Shown piece by piece: positions 28,608-38,742 of a stretch of 64,000 nucleotides of DNA. The notes beneath the pieces were generated by a model, which worked only from the letters and a program-made list of their open reading frames with translations, was not told where the DNA came from and searched no databases. Within the stretch, counting starts at the first letter, position 1, and each line of letters starts with the position of its first letter. Both the position numbers and the translations under genes were made by a program. Source of the DNA: Enoplolaimus lenunculus (Eukaryota); the NCBI GenBank assembly GCA_030248215.1, contig JASANG010003494.1, positions 186,001 to 250,000 of the forward strand, read 5' to 3'.

Positions 28608-28823
28608 GTAAGTAAGTAAGTAAGTAAGTGTTTATTACTGGCATCGTCAGACAGCTCAACAGGTCAGATCAGGCTTCGGTCTGCCATCATTGTCCTCCTG
28701 CTGACGAGGACAAAGTTTACTAAGATCCGATTGCCAGTTATACGCATACGAAAAGATATTCAAAAGTAGAAATAGCAAAACCATAATAAAGACCATGGCA
28801 AAAAAGAACAAAAATGCAAAATC
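28608..28823 (-). mobile_element. 3' tail of 5'-truncated non-LTR retroposon
   Basis: On the minus strand it ends AATAAACA(CTTA)n. Homologous copies at 2821-3017(-) and 26887-26958(+) share the 3' end and differ at the 5' end. Confidence 0.7.
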
Positions 28824-29808
28824 AGTAGCAAATGTTAACACGTGTTTTAATTTTAAAATATATTGAATATATTTTTTATTTCTTCATTTTCACTAAGTTC
28901 AACTTTCTGTCACGATATCTCGAACGTCTTTGATTGGTCATATTTTAAGCGTTTAAAAATTGCGATTCCAGTGTTGCTGTAACAAATTAATAATTGTGAA
29001 ATAAAGATTTATCGTTAATATAAAATATTTAAAAATACAACCGACTTTTCGATAGGGTAAGACAGGAGCCAATGTGGGGCCCAGAGGGACTCACACCCCT
29101 CCCTGGAATGATTTGGACTCTTCCTAGATAATTTTCAACCTTGCTTGTAAGTTAACAAAAACCGTTGTATGCATCTTCTGAAAATTTTTTAGCCCCTCTA
29201 GTAAAGTGAACGAGCTACGTGCCTCTAAACAACCTTTGAGACATCATTGTTAATCTTTGAATTCGTGTCTGTTATTCATAGGAAGGCGCCTTTATTGCAC
29301 AGGCCAATGTATAACTGAGGTTCTGGTGTCAGTTACCATTGGTGAGCCAGTTATTATCAGGTAAGTTTAAGCTTAAACTACCAGCCACAGGTAGAAATCA
29401 AATAAATTTAAGCAAAAAAAGCAAACTAAGCTCAAACATACGCCTTAAGCCAGTAAGACGAATGCAGATATTTCTGCCAGAGTTGTCGCACGATACCAGT
29501 GATAAAAGCTCGCTAGCAAAGTGAACAAGAAGCCAGACGCAATTGTAAGCCTAAATCTTAATGATAACATTTTGTTTTCAATTTCCTTTTCACAGAATAT
29601 TTCACTTTTTTAAGCAGAACTGAATTGCTGCTCTCAAATTTCGGCTAATAATTTTATTTTAAATTTGAGCAATTTTTGAAGGTCTGCTATAGAACCAGCC
29701 ATCAAAACTTTGTAAATGTTTAAACACTCATTAGAAAATGGTACAGTTTAATTTTTGTTCTCATTAACGGACCCACAGAGAGAGAGAGCAGACATGTAAT
29801 ACGACACT

Positions 29809-30173
29809 GTTCATTTTGGAATTCGTAACCAGGGGTGAGGGCAAGCAACTTCGTGCGTGACGCCCCCTGACAATTTAATGCTTCTGAGATCAATCCGATA
29901 CCGTTCGTTTTGGAATTTGTAACCAGGGGTGAGGGCAAGCAACTTCGGGTGTGACGCCCCATGACAATTTAATGCTTCTGAGATCAATCCGATACTGTTC
30001 ATTTTGGAATTCGTAACCAGGGGTGAGGGCAAGCAACTTCGTGCGTGACGCCCCCTGACAATTTAATGCTTCTGAGATCAATCCGATACCGTTCATTTTG
30101 GAATTCGTAACCAGGGGTGAGGGCAAGCAACTTGGGTGTGTCGCCCCCTACCAATTTAATGCTTGTGAGATCA
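29809..30173. repeat. Tandem repeat, 94 bp x about 4
   Basis: GTTC(A/G)TTTTGGAATT recurs at 29809, 29903, 29997 and 30091. Confidence 0.95.
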
Positions 30174-31689
30174 AATGACTTAACGGTGACGAATTGTCTT
30201 GGTTTAATTTTAAGGCAGCACGAAATGTAATTTTTGGATTCTGGGACGGTGTTTGAAGCAACTAAGCGTGAAATATTTCAAATTTTGATTTAATGCTGAA
30301 TGGCCGAATGTAAAGATCAGAGGCGGAACGTTTGTCTGCGGATTACAATATGAGTATATAAGCTCGAGCTTTAGACTAATTTTTTTGCTTAGACTTTTAA
30401 GTATAAGCTCATTCTTATATTTCTTTTTAACCCGCCCTCCGCCACCTTTCGTTACTGATATATATCCGGTATTGCAACTATCCGTTCAATTAAACAGTTT
30501 GTCTTGTGTCAATAGTTTCAGCGCTGAGTTCTGAATTAGGTCTTTCAGAACTCATCAGAATTCTAAATTGATTGAACACATTCTGAATATATTAATCAAC
30601 TAACGGACAAATAAATCAGCTCAGAGTAAGTTAATGTTTACTGTTATTAACTCAGAAATAACCAGAAATAACCAATTATAAGTCTGAGTTGATTATTCAA
30701 CTCATAGGAATTTACTGTATAAGTATTAAGAATTGTAAGTTGGTTTTAACGTTTATACGTTGTTTCGTTTTTTACCTACCACATTAAATTTTTCGGTATC
30801 ACTACCATTGGTCGCCTGACAACTCGTCGTCCGACAACTTGTATTTTGGAATTTTATTGACTCGACAATTCGTTAGCCATCATTATGCTTACGGTTAGGA
30901 TTGCGCTTAGGATTATGCTTACATTAATCATAAGCTTTGGGACACTGTTGAGCGACACGTTGTCGGGCGACGAATTGTATTAAATTAAAAATTTTCAAGT
31001 CTGAATAATAATAATCACTTTTGCTCCGACCTCTGGCTTCTATAACAAATTTCAGTATACAGTATACTACTTATAGGTGTTTCCACCAGTCATGTGTTTC
31101 GCCATCCAAATTCAACGTTTTCAGATATAAATCAAATTTACTAAATTAATTCTGTACTGTATTTCAATTCAAGCCTAGCTTGTTATTAATTACCCTCATC
31201 GCGATTACCATCTGACCATCGGACAGGATCAACATCAACTGTTCGCCCGTGATTAATTGAACCTGTTTCAATACCTCTATGCTTTGACCCTGGAACCTAC
31301 ACAGAGTTGAAATCAATTTTAAAAATTTTAAAATTCCTAGTCTCAGTTTCGCTATATTCTACCACAAATTGCATTTTTGTTTCATAGAACGATTGTGTTA
31401 TATTTTACACATTTCAGTTTTGGTTTTATCTCATCGTCATGCTACAGCTACTATTTGCCTACTATTCCTCCAACTGAGGTTGATAGAATTTAAGCTTGAA
31501 TAATAATCGATTTATTAATATACTATAACAGATGTTGATGTTAACACATTTACTAATACTAAAACAGTCGACACTACTACAAGGCATCACCGTCATCCGA
31601 ATTGTTGGTTTTTGTTGAAGTAACGGATATTTCTGTAATTATTGCTCTTAATTATAACACAATTCGTCAGTTTGAGTCAATTTTACACA

Positions 31690-31946
31690 ATGACATCACC
31701 AAAACTTTATTTCAAATTAGTGGTAATTCAGTTATATGCTTGTTTTGCTACTCGAACGCTGCTTAAGTGTGCCAATTTTCGGACTGGAAACACTTGGTTG
31801 GTATGGTTCTGGTTACTATTGGCTGCGTTGATGTGTCCTAAATTGGTGATTGGTCGATTGCATAATTCTCACACCGCCGGTAACGATTTGCATCGATATA
31901 AGTGGACCGATGACGAACGGATTGATGTGAAGCTTAAGGAAGGAGA
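31690..31946 (+). CDS. MEGF6: MEGF6-like gene, probable exon 1 (signal peptide region)
   Basis: In-frame ATG at 31690, hydrophobic stretch WLVWFWLLLAALM, GTAAGT donor at 31947. The phase-2 end joins the next exon (GA+G = Glu). The true start codon is uncertain. Confidence 0.7.
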
Positions 31947-32861
31947 GTAAGTGACGATTACAAGCGTGAATAAACCGGTTGAATCGTTGAGGTCGAAAAC
32001 GGTTTGACCCCCAGTTCGCTCGCTAGGGCCAATGTATTGAACAGGGCCGCAACAGTAGTATAAGCATATTCCTAAGCCTAAGCCTAAGCCTAAGCGTAAG
32101 GATGAGCCTATTTCTAAGCCTAAGCCTAAGCGTAAGGGTGAGCCTATTTCTAAGCCTAAGCCTAAGCGTAAGGCCTATATCTGAGCCTAAGCCTAAGCGT
32201 ACGCCTAAGCCTAAGCAAAAAAGTTAGTCTAAGATCCTGTCTACGTCCCACTATGTATGATTTTCAGTAAGTATTGGGATACAATTTTAACAAAACGCGT
32301 CTATACGACACTTTCCAGGGTGCACCGTTCTAAACGTAGTTTTTTCGGAGCTAACATAGCGAGAGAGACAAAAAATGCCTTGACCTGTGCAATCCTGAAT
32401 GATATCCTAAAGCGTGATAACAGTGCTTCTTGTAATCTGCTGAAATTTTGGGAACGGATATATCTTTCTTATACCCTGTTGTATGTGGGCCCCAAAGACC
32501 TGTGTTTGCATACTGATGCAGGATATTTGTAGAGCATTAGCTTACTATATTCATTTTTGTCTTTGGAAACAGAAACGCCCGCTTTAATTAACTGTTAGAA
32601 TGCACTAAAATATTGAAGTTGTCCAGCTGAACGCAATTATAATGTGTCGGACCACTTAGAAAAGCTGAAATTTTCAAAGACAACACTGGTGTAAAATAGA
32701 CGTTTAAAAGTTTTACAAGTGTTTAAATTTCTAAAAATAAAATTTGAAAATATTTTCTCAAAACAAATGCTTACAATCGATTTTGCACCTGTTTGCCGCT
32801 GTGAACTTCCTCGATAGCCGTCAATAGTTGCTGTTTTTGGTGGTTGATTTGCAAAATTGCG

Positions 32862-33474
32862 TTAATTGCAAAAATTATAAAATTGCACAAATTGCGAAAA
32901 TCATACGTATATAGAGGCCCATGGTAGGCTTAGATTCTTGATTACATTTTTTTGCTTAGGCTTAGGCTTAGGCTTAATAACACGTTTTTGTAACGCTTAT
33001 GCTTAATTGCAAAATTATAAAATTGCACAAATTGCGAAAATCATACGTATATAGAGGCCCATGGTAGGCTTAGATTCTTGATTGCATTTTTTTGCTTTGG
33101 CTTAGGCTTAGGCTTAATAACACGTTTTTGTAACGCTTATGCTTAATTGCAAAATTATAAAATTGCACAAATTGCGAAAATCATACGTATATAGAGGCCC
33201 ATGGTAGGCTTAGATTCTTGATTACATTTTTTTGCTTAGGCTTAGACTTAGGCTTAATAACACGTTTTTGTAACGCTTATGCTTAATTGCAAAATTATAA
33301 AATTGCACAAATTGCGAAAATCATACGTATATAGGCGCATAGTAGGTTTAGATTCTTGATTACATTTTTTGCTTAGGCTTAGGCTTATGTTTAATAACAC
33401 CTTTTTGTAACGTTTATGCTTAGGCTTAGGAATACGCTTAATCTACAGTTACGTCCCTTAAAGTAACATTGGCC
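32862..33474. repeat. Tandem repeat, 140 bp x 4, derived from a MITE junction
   Basis: TTAATTGCAAAATTATAAAATTGCAC recurs at about 32862, 33003, 33143 and 33283. Each unit holds flank plus part of a TTAGGC MITE. Confidence 0.93.
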
Positions 33475-33858
33475 CGTATATATTACAAATTGGCAACTTT
33501 TAGACGATCATAGTTAAACACTGCAACTGCAGTGATCCAGACAGGGCAAAACAAGACTTACACGTTGGTTGTACACTTCTCCTCAACGTTTGAGGTTAAG
33601 GCTTAGGCTTACGCTCAGGTGTAGGTTCCGTAAAAGGATTACCTACGCCGGCGCGTAAGCCTAATCCTTTGCCTAAGCATAAACCTAAGCCTAAACCTTT
33701 GCCTAAGCTTAAACACAAGCGTGAAGCCTAAGTCTTTACCTAAACCTAAATCACAACAGCAAATGTAGGGAAAAATGTATACAAACACCGTTTGTGTTCG
33801 TCCGTCCTACCACAACGACCCTGTGCGTTAATGTTAACTCGAACATTTTTCGTTTTAG

Positions 33859-33996
33859 GCCAAATGTGTGTCCGTTTGAATCAGTTGAAACGGTAACAGT
33901 ACAAGAACCGTGTATGCAAGCGTTTACCAAATACGTTCGTCATTGGAAACCGAACTGTCAAACCGAAAAGCGATGGTGTGTTGTACGAAAACCAAA
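33859..33996 (+). CDS. MEGF6: MEGF6-like exon 2, N-half of EMI domain
   Basis: TTTTAG acceptor, GTAAG donor. Encodes PNVCPFESVETVTVQEPCMQAFTKYVRHWKPNCQTEKRWCVVRKPK, with EMI Cys/Trp spacing as in MEGF6. Phase 2-2. Confidence 0.92.
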
Positions 33997-34036
33997 GTAA
34001 GCTAAAAATTGACGGACTAACAACATGTTCCTATTC

Positions 34037-34718
34037 TATAAAAACTTAAACTTAAATTATAGCTTAACTAAACTTGAATATCAGTTTAAGTAAAACTTCA
34101 ATGGCTGGACGGACTAACTAAACTAGAATTTTAAGCTCTACTTAAACTAACGTGTTTTTAAGTTTAACACAAATTTAAGTAAACTTATTTTTAGATTATG
34201 GAACACGTGCAGCCGAGAAATTATGCGTATCAAAGAGTTCACTAAGTTTAGCTTAAACTAAAAATACGTAAGATTTTAAATTAGTTTAAGCGTGAGCCTA
34301 CCCGTTGGTTCAGTTATTCTAGAAACTTAGTTTAATACTGCTGGATTAGCTTGGTTCAAGTTAGTTAAAGCTAGAGGCCCCGTTAAACTAACTCGACTTA
34401 AGCTTAAGCTAATTATATAGTATTAAACTAACTTTCTAGATTAATTAAATTAATTTGTAGGTTAAACGTGAACCCACTACAAATTTGACATATTTTTTAA
34501 TTAAATCTAAACGTAATGAATTCTAAAAACGACATAGTTTGTGAGCAGCACTTATGATTTACATTGAAAATAAGTTGAGCTTAAACACACCTTAAACATA
34601 GAAATACGTTAGATTAAGTTAAACTAAAATTCTAGTTTAGTTAGTCCATCCAGCCATTTAAGTTTTACTTAAACTCATATTCAAGTTTAGTTAAATAATT
34701 AAGTTTAAGTTTTTAGAG
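34037..34718. repeat. AT-rich foldback element in intron 2
   Basis: Inverted arms of more than 100 bp (e.g. TGGCTGGACGGACTAACTAAACTAGAATTTTA vs TAAAATTCTAGTTTAGTTAGTCCATCCAGCCA). Confidence 0.75.
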
Positions 34719-35347
34719 GCCAAAACGAAGGCAGGTTGTGGTGAATAGCGCAAATGGTTTTGAAAACTTTACTTCGGTGAACGAATATTGTTAGCTGAGC
34801 AATAGTTGAATTCAACGCAGATCTTTTACAGACACACAAATCCTAGCGGTACTCATGGTTTCAAACCACAAGCATAGTTTTTAAGTAAAAATGTGAAAAT
34901 AGCTGAATATACATACTAAACAATATTTAAAGTGCAAAACGATAATGTCTCTACCTTACCATTTTTCCCCTAAGAAAACTTGTTGGTGATAAAATGATAA
35001 GGTCCTTGCTTTACAATTTTTGCATTTCATTACATTTGCCAGCCCGCCCCTCCCGTCATAAAATTTTGAATCTGCCTCTGGTTGATTTTAACGATGCAAA
35101 CCATACTGGGAAATTTTTAAATTGTGATAATCTGTTGCTGTTAGCACTTGTTTTAAGACGTATTAGGCAGCCCATTTTGTGCGATGCGCAAAAACGTTAG
35201 CGAATACCTATAAATCTGTATACAAATTTTCTTATTACAACAATTATTTGTATGTATGTGCTATGAAAACTATTGTAAAGCTGGAAACTTGTCCAAAACA
35301 CGTATGTGACGTATTCCAGCTTTAATTATATAGATGTTTTATTTCAG

Positions 35348-35457
35348 AACGGTATATTATCGAACAACAAAGAAAGTTCGCCGAAATGTACGGAGTACAA
35401 AATACGACTGCTGTCATGGGTGGAGCAAAATCCCAGGGACGCCTGGATGTGTTAAAG
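35348..35457 (+). CDS. MEGF6: MEGF6-like exon 3, C-half of EMI domain
   Basis: TTTCAG acceptor, GT donor. Encodes TVYYRTTKKVRRNVRSTKYDCCHGWSKIPGTPGCVK with the EMI CCxGW motif. Phase 2-1. Confidence 0.93.
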
Positions 35458-36261
35458 GTATCGTAATTTTGATCCATGTTAATTGTAGACGTCTGCTACT
35501 AATGGACTAGCAATACTGGACCACTTAGACTGGAAGAGAAAAGCTTATGATTAGGCTTTTGTAATTTAGGCTTGTGCTTTAGGCTTAAGTTTAGGTTTAG
35601 CTTTTGGTATAGGCTTGATGGGCAGTTGTCGTACCATAATGTTCTCTCGCTTTTTCGTCTCCGTTATATTTTCCGCTGTTATATTTTCTTTGCCCCGTTT
35701 ACATTTTCTCATTGTCATAGCCAGGGTAAGATCCGATGTCAGATTCAGGACACCAGAATAAGGGTCGGATAGTGAAGTTTCTATAGGATTCAAAACCGGG
35801 TGTCAACCAAACAGACAGTTTAGAATGGTCAGTTGGCTGAAACAAGCGATGAGTATATAATATTTTTTCATATCCGGATATCCGAAATTAAGTTTTGTGT
35901 TTTTAAGGTTTAGAACCATTGTTTTTGTTATGTAAGTACTTGTGTTATAACACATAGCACTTACATTAGTTCTGAGACCAAGGGGATCCAGGGGGGCACC
36001 CCGCCCGCCGCCCCAACAGCATCAAAAAAAAAAAACAAAAATTTTTGAATTTTGGCCCTCCCTCATTTTGAGACTCATGGATCCCCACTGTCTAATTAAT
36101 AACCTTATTTTTATTGTAAAGTTGAGTGATTTCTCTGATACCTGCAGGGTAAACTTGCCTAATATGGTCAATTTTAACATACATAGCTTTATCTAAACAA
36201 TGTTACTGCGCTTTGAGTATATGGACACTTTATCAATTTTATACGGACATTGCCTTGAATA

Positions 36262-36634
36262 TATATGTCGTAGCCCAAGTCCTAATTCAGCCCAGATCCG
36301 AATTGGGCTAGTCCAAAGCGGAATTACGACTTGGGCTAGCATAAGGCGGAATCATGTCTGATATAGCAGCGCGTTTTCTAATTGGTTACTTGATAGTCGT
36401 AATGCTGTTTGATTTCACCTTTCTTAGTAAAACAGTTTGATAGCCAGCAGGTGGCGATTACTTAACCAATCGGAAAAGAGTATTCACAACAACCAATAGT
36501 ATTTGAGTATGGCCTGAAGGTAGTAACCACTCACAAGGCGTTAATACGCCATGGGCTAGCCCAAGTCGTAATTACGCCGTTGGGCTAGCCCAATTAGGAA
36601 TCGGGCTAAATTACGACCTGGGCTACGACATATA
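36262..36634. mobile_element. Palindromic MITE with TAGCCC/GGGCTA repeats
   Basis: TIR TATATGTCGTAGCCCA / TGGGCTACGACATATA extending for about 90 bp. Confidence 0.8.
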
Positions 36635-36997
36635 CACTTGATAATTAGAATTTAGACATCATTGAACACATAAGCAAAGTGTCCATAATAAGCAAGCGTA
36701 CCCTACATAAGCGTATAGAACATTACTACAGGGAACGGAACATATTTGACTAATAAATAATAGTTTCAAATGAATACGTATCAATATCAAATTGTTGGTT
36801 TGTGCCAAAACTCCTGTAATTTTTTCACTCTTGGCACTGCTCAAAACAGTATACTTGCAGTTTTTGGACTCAGTAATGCTTAAAATTAAGTAAAACTGTT
36901 GCCGAACTAAGTGTACGTTTACGTAATTTTAAGCAAACAAAATTCTTAGTTGTAGATTTTTTAGTTAATGAGCAAATGACAGCACGAGTTATACTTA

Positions 36998-37051
36998 TCT
37001 ATATATTAAAGCTGGAACGCCTCACATACGTATTTTGGGCAGCGTTCCAGC
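36998..37051 (+). mobile_element. Helitron-like 5' terminus (4 copies)
   Basis: A|TCTATATATTAAAGCTGGAA..TTCCAGC. Copies at 26149(+), 42654(+) and 35334(-), each preceded by A and starting TC. 3' ends were not located. Confidence 0.55.
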
Positions 37052-38742
37052 ATAGTCACAATATGCAAATTAATACAAGTTTGCAAAGACATAAAACTGT
37101 TGGTTTGATTTTCTTAGTAAACATTGCAGGTTTGATGTTTTGTGTTTTGTTCTCTTGGACAAATGCAGTTTGCTTTGGTGTATTGATAGAATATTTATAT
37201 GTTGTCTTTAGCTATGTTCAAGTTTCCAAGTGTATTTTCCACTACAGAATGGAATCCCGGGTTTAGTCTTAAATCAATTACCCCGTCGTATACATTAAAA
37301 GTGATGATTTGGTTGTTTGAGTTGTCACTTAAGCGTCAAAGCTTAGGCAAAACCTGCTTAAAAACAAATACTCTTGAACAAAGTCCAAAACCTAGTATAA
37401 TAGGAGAGTTGCACATATTTGCAACTGTGGATTACTAATTTACATTATTTCAACAAAGATTTACTCAATATTTAGGACACTTAAAAAGTTAGTGAAATAT
37501 AACTAAAGTATTTTAAGTAGAGTGTTTTTATAGAACCTGTTGCAATCTATCAATCAGGATTTATGCTTAAGATGTTTTACTGTTGGCTGGTTATAAACGC
37601 TATTAACAATTTGAAAACAATTCATGGTCTACCGTGAAACAAAAACTGCAACTTCGAGTTACAATGCCTCAATATTGTCTTGTTTTGTTGAGTATAAAAT
37701 AACACAATTTATTTGCAATTTTAAGCAATTTTTTTCGTTAAAAATCGCAGGATTTTAGGCAGGCTGACGATGCTTTATTACTGTAATCAAAAATATTGAC
37801 GAATATTTGAAGAAAATACAAAACAATTACTAGCAGTTTTGTTTACATATTTACGAAAAAAATTATTCTGTGGTGGGTACAGAGGAAGTTTCGTTCCATT
37901 TTTTGTTACAAAAATACATTCTATCATAATTGTGTGAAATTGTTTTCAGGGTCGCTGAAAAATATTTGTGATTCATTATAGTAGTAAAAGCGTCACCGTG
38001 ACGGGTTCAGGAGTGGACCTTTGTTTTGTGATTTCGCCCAGAAATTTTGGGCATCATCCTCATTCGAAATTTTTATAAAACAACGTAAACTAGCCTTTCT
38101 ATTAATATCCTGGCTTCGAGCCTGTCGCCAAGGCGGGCATGGTACTTAGCCCGTCGTGCAATAATTATGACTGTCGTGGAAAAATTTGCGCGCGCCCCTA
38201 GAAAATTTTTAACCTTGATTGTAGGTCATCGAAAATCCTTTGTATGCCTCTCCTGAAAAATGTTTAGTCCCGTATCAAGGTGACACGGCTACTGGCCTGT
38301 TCTGAAGTGACACAATTTATAGACATATTTTTATACAGCAAAGCTCGACATTTCGCTCTTCCACGCACACTAAAATATTCAATCAGGGTGGGGAAAAATT
38401 AGAATTGTTTGGGGTCCGGCCTCAGAACAGAACTTGAAGATTGCCACTTCTTACACGTATCGATTGAAATTTGGGTCTCACTTCCGCCTGAACTTATTTC
38501 GAAGGCAGCGTTAATTGGTTCTTTTTACGGTATCATGACAATTCGTCGCCTGACAACTTATAATCGAAAATTTCATCGACTCGACCATTCGTCGCCCATC
38601 ATTATTGCTTAGGCTTAGGATCACGCTTAAATTTATGCTTTGATTGATTGATAGGCTTTATTACACTGTTGGGCACGGCCGGTGCAACCACCCCCCACAC
38701 TCCTCATTTTTGGGCCCCCAGCCCTAAAAAGGCCCCCACCCT

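Noticed and set aside
29720..30126. Overlapping minus-strand ORFs
   Set aside because: Artefacts of the 94-bp tandem repeat.
33565..33790. Head-to-head TTAGGC/GCCTAA telomere fusion scar
   Set aside because: Short, degenerate and enclosed by inverted termini, so better explained as a palindromic MITE.
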